Both the position numbers and the translations under genes were made by a program. The notes under the pieces are model-generated. The model did not search any database. It worked only from the letters and a program-made list of their open reading frames with translations, and was not told where the DNA came from. Below, piece by piece: positions 7,973 through 18,128 of a stretch of DNA of 64,000 nt; positions within the stretch are counted from its first letter, which is position 1, and each line of letters starts with the position of its first letter. This stretch comes from Syntrophales bacterium (GTDB lineage Bacteria > Desulfobacterota > Syntrophia > Syntrophales > UBA2210): assembly GCA_963664485.1 (NCBI GenBank), contig OY761459.1, positions 581,275-645,274 on the forward strand, written 5' to 3'.

Positions 7973-9388
7973 CTATTTGAGCGGCAGATTCTCGTTCCTC
8001 TTAAAATGTTCCTTCTGAAGATCGTATTTTTTCATAAGTTTGTGTACCTGGCGGGTCGAGACATCGGCCTTCTCCGCCGTTTCCCGGATGTTTCCCCGGA
8101 ATTCGACAAGGAATGTCCGAAGATAATCTTTCGCTGCGCCATCCCTGGCCTCTGCCAGCGAACCGGCAGTTCGCGGAACACAATGCCCGTTATGATATTC
8201 AAGAGATAATTCCTTGGGGATGCTCTCAACAGTAATGACTTCGGATTTTTCAATAATAAAGGCCCGTCCGATTATATTCTTCAGCTCTCGTATATTCCCA
8301 GGCCAGGGGTAGTGCTGGAAAATTTCGATTACACGGGGGTCTATACTATTAATCATCTTCGTGTTGGCCCGGTTCAACTCCTTGAGAAAACCGTCGGCCA
8401 GCAGCGGTATGTCCTCGATTCGCTCCCGCAGGGGGGGAACCTCGATTGGGAACACACTGAGGCGATAGAACAGGTCATTCCGAAAGTTGCCTTCACTGAT
8501 CATCTGTTCCAGATCGGTATTAGCGGCCGCAATGACACGGATATCGACCGGAATATCCACTTCGCTGCCAACGCGTTGAAGGGTCTCTTCCTGGAGGGTC
8601 TGCAGCAGTTTGATTTGGGCCGAAGCGGTGAGCGTGCCGACCTCATCGAGGAATATGGTACCCTTGTCGGCAATTTCGAATTTTCCCAGTTTCCGGCGGT
8701 CCACTCCGGTAAAGGCACCCTTTTCATGACCAAATAATTCACTTTCGACCAATGTATCCTGAATGGCACCGCAGTGGACTTGTATGAACTGCTTATCGGC
8801 CCGGTTGCTGAACTGATGTATTATCCGGGCAAGAACACTTTTGCCGGTACCCGTTTCGCCGGTCAGAAGAACTGTTGTCTTCAGGGGAGCCACTGCCATA
8901 AGCTTATCGATCGCGCTCCGCATCGCAGGACTTCCCGTATGGATAATTTCGGCGCTCTTCTGCACGAATCTGTCTCGCAGGTAATGCAGCTCCGATTTCA
9001 TGAGAAAGGTCCGGTACACGCTCTCCGTAATATGTTTCACTTCGTCCCTGTTGATGGGACTGGTGATATAATTGCTGGCCCCCCCTTTTACGGCCATGAC
9101 GGCCTTTCGGATATTCTCGGCAGAGGAGATAATGATGATCTGCGCCGTGGGAAATATTCTCCAGAAATTCATCAGCGCCGTTTTGAAAAGCGGGTCTTCA
9201 CCATGCACCAGTTGCAGGTCCTCCATAAATTCGATATCGATGAAGAGGTACTCGCATCGTTTCCTCCCAAACATTTCGATGCATTGAGCCGGGCTTGCAG
9301 CCACATCGATCCGATATTCCGCCTGGAAGGATTCCCTGATGGCGTTAACAGTGTCTTTGCCGCTCGTTGCCACAAGAATGAGTTTCAT
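7973..9388 (-). CDS. Sigma-54-dependent transcriptional activator (bEBP) with degenerate receiver-like N-domain, AAA+ core and Fis-type HTH
   Basis: 471 aa. Walker A is GETGTGKS. The sigma-54 contact loop is EKGAFTGV. Also present are the Walker B-type FLDEVG and the sensor II region [12 protein letters not shown]. The C-terminal HTH is [23 protein letters not shown]. Confidence 0.9.
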   Translation of the reverse strand: MKLILVATSGKDTVNAIRESFQAEYRIDVAASPAQCIEMFGRKRCEYLFIDIEFMEDLQLVHGEDPLFKTALMNFWRIFPTAQIIIISSAENIRKAVMAVKGGASNYITSPINRDEVKHITESVYRTFLMKSELHYLRDRFVQKSAEIIHTGSPAMRSAIDKLMAVAPLKTTVLLTGETGTGKSVLARIIHQFSNRADKQFIQVHCGAIQDTLVESELFGHEKGAFTGVDRRKLGKFEIADKGTIFLDEVGTLTASAQIKLLQTLQEETLQRVGSEVDIPVDIRVIAAANTDLEQMISEGNFRNDLFYRLSVFPIEVPPLRERIEDIPLLADGFLKELNRANTKMINSIDPRVIEIFQHYPWPGNIRELKNIIGRAFIIEKSEVITVESIPKELSLEYHNGHCVPRTAGSLAEARDGAAKDYLRTFLVEFRGNIRETAEKADVSTRQVHKLMKKYDLQKEHFKRNENLPLK

Positions 9389-9586
9389 AAACCTGTCCTT
9401 TAGTCTCCTCTATTCGCCGCACACCGTTATTGAAGCGCCTTTTTAGTCCTAGACACTTATAAATACAAGAGAATTTTTGAACACACCTGGAGGGAGAGAA
9501 AATTTGAAACAGGCACCCCAAAGAAGCAGGATTTCAGCAACGTGCCGGGTGGTTATAAAACTGTTACGACCACCCCTAAACCAGGA

Positions 9587-9619
9587 AAGGGGTTACATCT
9601 TCAAAAGCTGTAACCCCTT
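9587..9619 (-). terminator. Hairpin immediately downstream of tRNA-Leu (possible terminator)
   Basis: AAGGGGTTAC-13 nt-GTAACCCCTT forms a 10-bp perfect stem starting 10 nt after the tRNA 3' end. The T tract is weak. Confidence 0.35.
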
Positions 9620-9628
9620 GATATTAAT

Positions 9629-9715
9629 TGGTGCCGGAGCTCGGAATCGAACCGAGATGACCGTAAGGTCGGGGGATTTTGAGTCCCCTGCGTCTACCAG
9701 TTTCACCACTCCGGC
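9629..9715 (-). tRNA. tRNA-Leu (anticodon CAA)
   Basis: 87 nt. Acceptor stem GCCGGAG/CTCCGGC plus encoded CCA. Anticodon stem GGGGA/TCCCC with loop CTCAAAA. Long variable arm GACC-ttac-GGTC. T arm CTCGG-TTCGATT-CCGAG. Confidence 0.9.
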
Positions 9716-9809
9716 TTGGGGGTTGCATTATATATTCGAACGGCAAATTGTCAAGAAAATTGTATTGACATTTTGCTGAACTGCATGTTAGGTTTCCGCC
9801 GTTGTCAAC

Positions 9810-9885
<76 letters not shown>

Positions 9886-9895
9886 TGAAAATCAG

Positions 9896-9934
9896 GGAGG
9901 TTATAGAATTTTTCTCTAACCTCCTTCTTTTATC
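9896..9934 (+). terminator. Rho-independent terminator after tRNA-Ala
   Basis: GGAGGTTA-13 nt-TAACCTCC is followed by TTCTTTTAT. Confidence 0.6.
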
Positions 9935-10127
9935 AGCCAGCCTGTTCCGCCATATCACCGGCTTTGACACATAATGAAAAAAACGGGTTAGCATTACTGC
10001 CTGTCAGAGCACTTTCTTGTTTCCAAGGTATTTCTAAACCATTTTACCCTAAGAAAATCCTCATTGGCTCAATTTAATAAAATAACGTAAAATAAAGCGA
10101 TAAAAAATCTCATCTATAGACAGGACA

Positions 10128-12311
10128 ATGTTAAAGTTAATCAAATATACCGGCATTGGTTTAACCATATGCCTCATTGTGGTCGTTATTCTTATAAGTG
10201 CGGCTATTCTTACGCTGGAAACCGATCGGGTTCAGTCGGTTATCCAGAATCGCATTAGTGAGAATATCCCCGGTTCCGTTACCTGGGAACGCTTCCGTTT
10301 TTCTTTGATCGCCGGTGGGTTTGAAGTTACGAATTGTATCCTGAAGGGGCCTTCGGAAGAAGATCTTGCCCGCTTCGATCACCTTTCATGCAGCCTTTCG
10401 TGGGAGGCGTTACTTAAGAAAAAGATCCTCATTTCATCAATCACCATTGAAAAACCCCGGGTGGTAATTCATATCGAAAAAGACGGCAGCGTGAATCTCG
10501 CAAAAGTATTTCCTGCCGCAACGGGGCAGGAGAAAAAAATCGAAGGCCCCACTTTTGAGAGTGAAACTGTCGGTCTGCCTTTTCACATTGTTATTCAACA
10601 CCTTAAAATAAAAGAAGGTTCTATCAGATGTTCAATCGCCGAAAATAATTTCCAGACAGCAATCGACAATGTGAATCTTCTGGCCAATGCGGATCTCGTG
10701 GGCGAGTCCGGCGATCTTACCCTCAGAATAGGCAACGGGGTCATTCGCACACCCGGAGTCGATACCGGCTTTAACAATCTGGAACTCAAGATAAGGTTGG
10801 AAGACCGAGTGGTAACACTCGATACTTTTCAGGGGACGATCGCCGCCGGGAATTTCGAAATGCGGGGGTGGATGGACTTTCGCGAGGCCTTTCCCAAAGG
10901 GTTCCTTGATTCAGCCCCGGCCCTCGACACGACAGCTTACACCATATCATTTCAGGGAAAAGGCATCGATGTCGGTAAGATTCTTAAAGACAGCGCTCTG
11001 CAGGGCATCGCGACCTTGTCATTTTTCCTCGAAGGGAAAGGGCTCTCCCCCCAAACGCTTCTGGCGCGTCTTAAGGCGGAACTAAGCGTGGAGCAGGCTG
11101 CCGCCGGAACACACACTTCTCCTATTGATATTAAAGCGTCGGTTACAGCAAACCTTGGCAACGGTCTTGCCGCGATCGAACGGCTTGACGCCGGAGCAGG
11201 TGCGATAACAGTGAGCGCGGACGGCACGTTCGATCTCGTCTCGCTAGCCATCGCGGCGCATCTCGAACTGGACGCCCCGAATCTGTCGGATACCTTGTCA
11301 GCGCTGGGAGTGAAGGGGATCGAAGGAGGAACACACCTTACCGGAACCCTTTCGGGAACAGCTACACAGCCTGCCGTTGACTGCAGTATGGAGGGAAACC
11401 GGCTTCGTTATAAGGACTTTATAATCGGGGATGTACAGGCAACAGTCGCGCTTGATCATTCGGGGATGTTGCGGATTCGGGAACTCGCCATTAAAAACAG
11501 CAATTCGGCGTTGCGTATCTCCGGCACGATTCAGCTTCTTAAAGACGTCGCATTCATTAAAAATCCGTCTTTTCAGCTTGATCTCGACACCTCCGGTATT
11601 TACCTCGAAGACTTTGTGGATTACGCGAAAGGCAAGGTATCCCTTCGCGGCCGTTTAGAAGGAACTGTTGAAAAGCCCGGACTCGATTGCGATTTACAGA
11701 CCGATAATCTTCACCTGCGCGATTTCAGTATCGGGGATGTCCAAACAAAGGTCGTACTGGATCAATCAGGCCTTTTACGGCTGCGGGAATGTACCCTGCG
11801 CAATGGAAACTCTGATCTGTCAGCCTCGGGCACGGTTCAGCTTTTCGACGGCACAACGTTCCTCATGGACCCGCCCTTTCGATTGGATTTCCACAGTACA
11901 TCCATATTTCTGAACGACTTCACCGAGCGAGCCAAAGGGAATATCTCCTTCACCGGTCACTGTGAGGGCACCCCGGGCGCGCCACAGGGCACGATCGAAA
12001 TCCGGGGCAACGATATCGATTTTGGTGTCCAGCAGCTCAGTGGATTTGAATTATCCGCCAGGCTCGACGGGAAGAAACTCCACATTATGCCGCTCAGAGT
12101 CAGTGTCGCGCCGGGAGAAATTATAGAAGGATCGGGATGGCTCTCACGTGATAAAGCGTACCAATTCAAGCTCGCATCCAACGGCATTTCGCTCCGTTCC
12201 ATTGACAAGCTCAAAAATCAGAAAACCGCCGAAGGAACAATAACCTTTGATCTTTCCGGTGGAGGCTTGCTTGATAATCCCGCTCTGAGCGGAAGCAGTC
12301 ATGCTTCATGA
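10128..12311 (+). CDS. tamB: TamB/AsmA-like translocation-assembly protein, N-terminal fragment (frame-disrupted gene)
   Basis: 727 aa. N-terminal signal-anchor is IGLTICLIVVVILISAAILTL. A long beta-rich region follows, with repeated units of the form G(T/R)L.G....P.(L/V)......L....F.IGDVQ. It overlaps the next ORF by 11 nt in a different frame. Confidence 0.7.
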   Translation: MLKLIKYTGIGLTICLIVVVILISAAILTLETDRVQSVIQNRISENIPGSVTWERFRFSLIAGGFEVTNCILKGPSEEDLARFDHLSCSLSWEALLKKKILISSITIEKPRVVIHIEKDGSVNLAKVFPAATGQEKKIEGPTFESETVGLPFHIVIQHLKIKEGSIRCSIAENNFQTAIDNVNLLANADLVGESGDLTLRIGNGVIRTPGVDTGFNNLELKIRLEDRVVTLDTFQGTIAAGNFEMRGWMDFREAFPKGFLDSAPALDTTAYTISFQGKGIDVGKILKDSALQGIATLSFFLEGKGLSPQTLLARLKAELSVEQAAAGTHTSPIDIKASVTANLGNGLAAIERLDAGAGAITVSADGTFDLVSLAIAAHLELDAPNLSDTLSALGVKGIEGGTHLTGTLSGTATQPAVDCSMEGNRLRYKDFIIGDVQATVALDHSGMLRIRELAIKNSNSALRISGTIQLLKDVAFIKNPSFQLDLDTSGIYLEDFVDYAKGKVSLRGRLEGTVEKPGLDCDLQTDNLHLRDFSIGDVQTKVVLDQSGLLRLRECTLRNGNSDLSASGTVQLFDGTTFLMDPPFRLDFHSTSIFLNDFTERAKGNISFTGHCEGTPGAPQGTIEIRGNDIDFGVQQLSGFELSARLDGKKLHIMPLRVSVAPGEIIEGSGWLSRDKAYQFKLASNGISLRSIDKLKNQKTAEGTITFDLSGGGLLDNPALSGSSHAS

Positions 12312-14037
12312 CATTCAGATAGAGGGCAGGGAATTTGAAAATTTCAAAGTTAATCTTGACGTGCGCAACGGTCTCGCTAAAGCCTCTGGCACACTGAATT
12401 TCGATTTTGAAGGATCATACCACCTCACGAAAAAAGATTTCCAGGGTTCCGTGAATTTCAAGAAAAGCGATCTCACTCCATACTTCAAAATCGCAGGGAG
12501 AAACGACCTGACGGGGGTCGCCACAGGCATCCTGAACGTGAAAGGCAACTCGGATTTTCTTAACCGTATCGAGGCCTCCGCGGATTTCTCAGAATTCATA
12601 CTTTCTTTCGAGGGACTTCAACTGATCCGCACAGGAAACTTTAAGGCACTCTACGGGAACAATGAGTACATCATTTCCCCGTGTCGTTTCGAACTGCTCA
12701 GAGACGGATATCTCGAGATGGAAGGAAAGGGGGAACGTGGCGGTCCTGTCTCACTCAGAATCGACGGGAATCTTCCCCTGCGGCTCGCCCAGCCGTTTAT
12801 CGAAGACATTAACGACATGACGGGAAATGTACTGCTCTCGGCGCGGGTGGAAGGAACACAGTCCGCTCCCGACATCCGGATCTGGTTCACCCTGGAAGAA
12901 ATCGGGTTTACTGTACCCGTGCTCTTACATAAACTTCATAATGTAAATGGTCGTATTGAGGTTACTCCCCAGGCCGTGACCATTAACAATGTAGAGGGTA
13001 ATCTGGATTCCGGAAACTTTGACATGAGCGGTACAATTAATATCAAAGATTTTAAACCATCCCTGATAGATGTCACCGTTACAGCCTCCACGCTTCCTAT
13101 CCAGATTCCCGACACGATGGACGCGCTCTTGAACGCTAACCTGAAAGTCTCCGGGAATCTGGAACAATCCAAAGTTCAGGGAGAAATAGTTCTTCTTGAA
13201 GGAACTTATTACAGAGATGTTAATCTGAATCTTTTACAGCTTGTAAAAGAAAGGAAGCGGGAAGTGGCGCCGCCTCCCCGTGAAATCACCTGTTCTTTTG
13301 TAAAAAATATGGAACTGGATGTGTCGGTCAAACGGCGTAATCCCTTTGTCATCGACAACAATCTGGCCCGGCTTGAGGTCAGCCCCGACCTGCGATTTGT
13401 TGGTCCAATTAATAATCCCGTCATTAAAGGACGCACTGAGGTTGATTCGGGAACCATCATGTACAATAAAAGAACATTTGAAGTAAAAAGAGGGGTTATC
13501 GACTTCCTTAATCCCTATAAAATTGAGCCGGTCATCGATATCTCAGGCGAGGTCAAGGTAAGAAACTGGCAGATATCCCTTGATATATCGGGAACGCCGG
13601 ATCAGCTCGCGCTCAAACTCACTTCCGAACCGCCGGAAGAAGACGGCGATATTGTTTCGCTGCTGATCCTCGGCAAAACCACAAGGGAATTAGCGGAGCT
13701 GGAGGGAAGTTCAACCCGTTCGACAAAAGAAATACTGGCGGAAATGATAGCAACGACCTTCGGGGAAGATATCAAGAAGACAACAGGCCTGGATATTTTC
13801 GAACTTGAAACAGGAACACAGGAGAATGAAACGGTATCGGAGAGCATCGAGGTTACGCTCGGCAAAAAGCTTACAAAGAGAATGACATTGAAGTATAACG
13901 CGGAAACAAAAGACGGGGAAATGATCCAGCGCGCCATAGCCGAATATAAACTTCTTGAAAATATATTGCTGAGTGGTTTTCAGGATTCAGAGGGAATTTT
14001 CGGCGGAGAACTGCTGTTCAGGCTGGAATTTCGTTAA
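12301..14037 (+). CDS. tamB: TamB-like protein, C-terminal fragment with DUF490-type end
   Basis: 578 aa. It continues the repeat architecture of the upstream ORF. The conserved TamB-type C-terminus is ...VTLGKKLTKRMTLKYNAE...AIAEYKLLENILLSGFQDSEGIFGGELLFRLEFR. There is no independent RBS or signal sequence. Confidence 0.7.
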   Translation: MLHDIQIEGREFENFKVNLDVRNGLAKASGTLNFDFEGSYHLTKKDFQGSVNFKKSDLTPYFKIAGRNDLTGVATGILNVKGNSDFLNRIEASADFSEFILSFEGLQLIRTGNFKALYGNNEYIISPCRFELLRDGYLEMEGKGERGGPVSLRIDGNLPLRLAQPFIEDINDMTGNVLLSARVEGTQSAPDIRIWFTLEEIGFTVPVLLHKLHNVNGRIEVTPQAVTINNVEGNLDSGNFDMSGTINIKDFKPSLIDVTVTASTLPIQIPDTMDALLNANLKVSGNLEQSKVQGEIVLLEGTYYRDVNLNLLQLVKERKREVAPPPREITCSFVKNMELDVSVKRRNPFVIDNNLARLEVSPDLRFVGPINNPVIKGRTEVDSGTIMYNKRTFEVKRGVIDFLNPYKIEPVIDISGEVKVRNWQISLDISGTPDQLALKLTSEPPEEDGDIVSLLILGKTTRELAELEGSSTRSTKEILAEMIATTFGEDIKKTTGLDIFELETGTQENETVSESIEVTLGKKLTKRMTLKYNAETKDGEMIQRAIAEYKLLENILLSGFQDSEGIFGGELLFRLEFR

Positions 14038-14048
14038 CAACGCCGGGA

Positions 14049-16880
14049 TTGAAAATGCTTAAAAAAAGGAAATCGATTTTTTTAACCTGCTTTGTATGTT
14101 TCGTCCTGCTGGGCACCATACCCGGCCCATCCGTATGCGCAAGTCCCCAGGATAATGCAGGTTTTACGTTGCCTGGAACCGGGCCTGTCATATCGGAGAT
14201 TGTCGTACGGATTGTTGACTATCGCGGAGATCCCGAAAAACCGGCCGGAATGGCGCGGGATTTTATTTTTCTTAAAGAAGGTGATCATTTCTCCCCGGAT
14301 AAAATGGCCCAGTCGATCGAAGCGCTGAAATTGTCGAAGCTGTTCCAGGAAATCAACATTGATTCCGACGAAGAAACTGACCGCATGGTTCTCAGGTTTC
14401 ACTTGAAACCTTTTCGACACATTAAAAACATTTCCCTTGAAGGGGTATATCCGCTTTTTGAACGTGACGTTTTCAATGTCATGACACTGTATCCCGGTGA
14501 CGTATATGATCAGGGCGAGCTTTCCCGGCAGGCACAGCTTATCGAAGACCGTTATAAACAGGAAGGATTCATAGAACCCCGTGTTTCTGTTTCGTCAGAT
14601 GAAGACAGGAAGGACGGCACCTTCATTGTACATGTAAAGATAGAAAAAGGCTGTTGCTACCGGATTGACAGAATCGACATTAATGGAAATCAGGCATATT
14701 CCGACGCCACTGTCATGATAAAAATGAAGGTCTGGCGGGATAAATTGTTTCCCGGGAGTGCGGGACGTTTCATCGAAAGCGATTTAAAACAGGATATCAA
14801 AAATCTTGTCCAATTGTACCGGGACAAGGGTTATTTCGACGTTAAGATCAGCCACACCGTATCAAAAGACCCGGAGTCCGGCAACGTTATCGTTACACTG
14901 ACGATTGCTGAGGGATTGCGATACGAAATTGATTTCTCAGGCAATGAGGAATTCCGGGATCCCGTCTTGAGAAAAGAACTCGTTTTCTTCTCAGAGGGAA
15001 ACATCAATAACCGGGGGCTGAAGAAAAGTATTAAAAAGATCAAAGAAATATATAGGAAGGCAGGATACCTGGAAGCGACTGTCGCAACCGACGACCGCCG
15101 ATCTACTTATCATACTGAGCAGGTCAGATTGATACGGTTTATCATCGATGAGGGACCCCGTTCAATTGTGAAATCGATTCAGATCACCGGAAACCACTCT
15201 ATCAAGGAAGAAAGAATTCTTAAACAAATGCTGACCCGCGTCGCGGGTGTCCGTGACAAGGGCTTGTACGAGCCGAAAGTTCTGCAGGAAGATCTCTTTG
15301 CCATAAAATCGCTGTATCTCAAGGAAGGATACATGAATACGGAGGTAAAGGAGGATGTCAGCCTGAGTGAAGACAAACAGGATGTCGCGATTATCATTAC
15401 CATCGATGAAGGTGTCCGGACCATCGTGTCGGAATTACGGATTAAGGGGCTCAGCACCGTAGAAGAAGGGACGGCCCTGAAGGCCATTACCTTGAAACAG
15501 GGAGAACCTTTCCGGAAATATATTATGAAAGGTGATGAAAATGCCATCTCGGCCCTGGTTGCCGAACAGGGATATCCTCACGTCACCGTCAAAGGTGAAG
15601 CGCTGATAAGTCCTGACGAATTCAAAGCCCGGGTCGTATACCATGTGACTGAGGGTCCCTATGTCGAAATGGGTAATGTCTATTACACAGGAAATTTCAG
15701 GACCCGCGAATCGATTCTGAGAAACGAGCTTGAACTGGAAACCGGAAGCCCTTTCTCACTGGTAAGAATGCTTGAAGGACAGCGTAATGTCAGAAACATG
15801 AACATCTTTCAGAGCGTTCGTTTCAAGACAATGGGGCTCAAGGAAGAGGAAGCGCGCGTGAATCTTCTAGTGGAAGTTGAGGAAAAGAAACCCTACTTCA
15901 TACAGGCAGGCGGGGGTTATGAATCTGAAAGAGGCTTCTTTGCCCATACAAAGGCGGGCGATCAGAACCTCTTCGGAACAAACAAAAACATCTGGATAGG
16001 CGGCGAAATAAGCCAGATCGGGTATCGTATGGACACCGGGCTGAACGAACCAAGACTCTTAGGCTCACACACTTCCGCCACGGCAGCCCTGTTTACAGAA
16101 CGGAGGGAGGAATTCAACCAGGATTTTGGAACGCAGGTTTACGGCGGGTCACTGGCATTCTCACGCAAATTCTATAAGAGCATAACGACGGGTCTGGGGC
16201 TTCGTTACGAGAGTCGGGAACAGTTTCTTCGTGACGGGGCAGAAAGCACCCCCCAGGCAGATGAAGACGAATTCGCGCCCAGAAGTATCCTTGTTACCAC
16301 ACCGTCCATACGTTACGACAACAGGAATTCCTTTATCCGCCCGCAGACAGGATCGGTCTCCGCGTTTTCCGTCGATGTATCAAAAGGCATTCAGAACTCT
16401 CTGGATGACTTTTTACGGTACCGTCTCGATGTACGCTATTTTTTTACACCATTTAAACGAGTGACGTTTGCCCTGCTTGGCCGGGGTGGCTATATACAAA
16501 CATATGGTTCAGCAGGAAAGGTTCCCGATGATCAGCTTTTCTTTCTTGGAGGTACCATGGATGTGCGGGGTTTCAGTGAAAATATGCTCCGGTTCGACGA
16601 AAGCGGCAACCCCCTTGGGGGGAGAGCGGCCCTCTCGGGCAGCGTGGAAGTGCGAATCGACCTTGGCAGTAATTTCGAACTTCCGTGCTTTTTTGACACG
16701 GGAGCAGTCGAAGACTCTTTTGGAGCAATCAGCCCGGATTCATTCCGTTCCTCTGCAGGGACCGGATTGCGGTACGTCACCCCCATCGGCCCCATCAGTA
16801 TATTATACGGAATCAAACTCGATCCCAGGGAAGGCGAAAGCCGCGACAGGCTTCACTTTTCAATAGGCTATACCTTCTAG
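14049..16880 (+). CDS. Omp85-family outer-membrane protein (BamA/TamA-like) with multiple POTRA repeats and a C-terminal beta-barrel
   Basis: 943 aa. Signal peptide is FLTCFVCFVLLGTIPGPSVCA. There are repeated POTRA-like units (I..I.I.GN...S...I...). The barrel end is typical: GGYESERGF...FFLGG...VRGF...GTGLRY.TPIGPI...YG...HFSIGYTF. The start may be the ATG at 14055 rather than the TTG at 14049. Confidence 0.85.
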   Translation: MKMLKKRKSIFLTCFVCFVLLGTIPGPSVCASPQDNAGFTLPGTGPVISEIVVRIVDYRGDPEKPAGMARDFIFLKEGDHFSPDKMAQSIEALKLSKLFQEINIDSDEETDRMVLRFHLKPFRHIKNISLEGVYPLFERDVFNVMTLYPGDVYDQGELSRQAQLIEDRYKQEGFIEPRVSVSSDEDRKDGTFIVHVKIEKGCCYRIDRIDINGNQAYSDATVMIKMKVWRDKLFPGSAGRFIESDLKQDIKNLVQLYRDKGYFDVKISHTVSKDPESGNVIVTLTIAEGLRYEIDFSGNEEFRDPVLRKELVFFSEGNINNRGLKKSIKKIKEIYRKAGYLEATVATDDRRSTYHTEQVRLIRFIIDEGPRSIVKSIQITGNHSIKEERILKQMLTRVAGVRDKGLYEPKVLQEDLFAIKSLYLKEGYMNTEVKEDVSLSEDKQDVAIIITIDEGVRTIVSELRIKGLSTVEEGTALKAITLKQGEPFRKYIMKGDENAISALVAEQGYPHVTVKGEALISPDEFKARVVYHVTEGPYVEMGNVYYTGNFRTRESILRNELELETGSPFSLVRMLEGQRNVRNMNIFQSVRFKTMGLKEEEARVNLLVEVEEKKPYFIQAGGGYESERGFFAHTKAGDQNLFGTNKNIWIGGEISQIGYRMDTGLNEPRLLGSHTSATAALFTERREEFNQDFGTQVYGGSLAFSRKFYKSITTGLGLRYESREQFLRDGAESTPQADEDEFAPRSILVTTPSIRYDNRNSFIRPQTGSVSAFSVDVSKGIQNSLDDFLRYRLDVRYFFTPFKRVTFALLGRGGYIQTYGSAGKVPDDQLFFLGGTMDVRGFSENMLRFDESGNPLGGRAALSGSVEVRIDLGSNFELPCFFDTGAVEDSFGAISPDSFRSSAGTGLRYVTPIGPISILYGIKLDPREGESRDRLHFSIGYTF

Positions 16881-17078
16881 CCAGCCGGATGGGATCTATA
16901 AACGAAAGCGGAAAGGATAGTTTGTAAGCGATGCTTACATCATATAACACATTCTTATTAATACAACAGGAGGCTCAAAGGGTCAGGGGTTTGTCCCCCG
17001 AGCTCTACCAAAGGAATCAAGGGATTGCGGGTACAGGCATTAACCCGTGATATTTTTCCCATGTGGTGTGTTTCACCC

Positions 17079-18128
17079 TTATTCCATGGCGTCGGAAATT
17101 CTTTTCTGCGAATCTTTTGCTTCCTTTACCATTCGTTCGAACAGTTCGGATATTGTCGGGACGTCGTGGAGAAGACCGGTCGACTGCCCGACAGTAAGAA
17201 CTCCCTTTTTCATATCTCCCTTTTCGGTTGCCAGGCTTATAGCTTTGAAGGCATTCGCAAGATAGGCCATCATCACCGAGTTTTTGATCCCGGAAAGAAG
17301 CACACCGGCAAGCAGCCTGGAGTACGGAAGATTAAGCATCTTTGCAATATCTCTGGAATTAATCAGCGCAGCGAGAAAATCGGGCATGCCGAGAAAGCCC
17401 TTTCTGTATGCCTTTACAGCGGCCGGTGTTTTCAGGGAACGACAGCCCAGACCGTCAAAATAATTCCCGTAAATCGTATCGGTCACCCCTTTTTCGAGAG
17501 AAAGTTTTTTGTAATTCTCGTGGAGCCCGCTCTCCTGTGTGGTCATCAGGCGTGTACCCATGGATATCCCTTCGGCCCCAAGCGCCAGCGCTGCGGCAAG
17601 TCCTCTTCCATCCGCGAAACCGCCGGCGGCAATTACCGGAATATCTACCGCATCCACAATGCTGGGAACCAGCAGCAAAGATGTTACGTCGCCGCCGTGA
17701 GCGGCTGCTTCATATCCGGTGGCTACAAGACCATCCGCGCCCTGTTTTTGCGCCGCAATCCCATGGCGTTCATTAACGACCGTAGCGATAACCTTTCCCC
17801 CGTATCTGTGCGCGGCCTCCGCTATCCAGTCCCCCTTGCCGAGAGAAAAGTTGATAACAGGGACTTTCTCTTCAAGAAGTACTTTCGCGTTCTCTTTCGC
17901 TCCGGGAAAAAGCAATGTCGCGTTCGCACCGAACGGTTTATCCGTAAGTTCCCGGATTTTGAGGATAGATTTTCGCGTCTCCTGGACACTCAAAGGCCCC
18001 GTGGCAAGAATGCCCAGTCCACCAGCGTTCGATACCGCGGCAACCATTTCAGGGACACTTATCCAACTCATTCCCGCCAGCATAATGGGATATCTGATGC
18101 CGAAAAGCTCGGTGATACGCGTTTTCAT
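17079..18128 (-). CDS. Nitronate monooxygenase / FabK-like FMN-dependent enoyl reductase family protein
   Basis: 349 aa. N-terminus is ITELFGIRYPIMLAGMSWISVPEMVAAVSNAGGLGILA. The FMN-binding region is IPVIAAGGFADGRGLAAALALGAEGISMGTR. Confidence 0.8.
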   Translation of the reverse strand: MKTRITELFGIRYPIMLAGMSWISVPEMVAAVSNAGGLGILATGPLSVQETRKSILKIRELTDKPFGANATLLFPGAKENAKVLLEEKVPVINFSLGKGDWIAEAAHRYGGKVIATVVNERHGIAAQKQGADGLVATGYEAAAHGGDVTSLLLVPSIVDAVDIPVIAAGGFADGRGLAAALALGAEGISMGTRLMTTQESGLHENYKKLSLEKGVTDTIYGNYFDGLGCRSLKTPAAVKAYRKGFLGMPDFLAALINSRDIAKMLNLPYSRLLAGVLLSGIKNSVMMAYLANAFKAISLATEKGDMKKGVLTVGQSTGLLHDVPTISELFERMVKEAKDSQKRISDAME

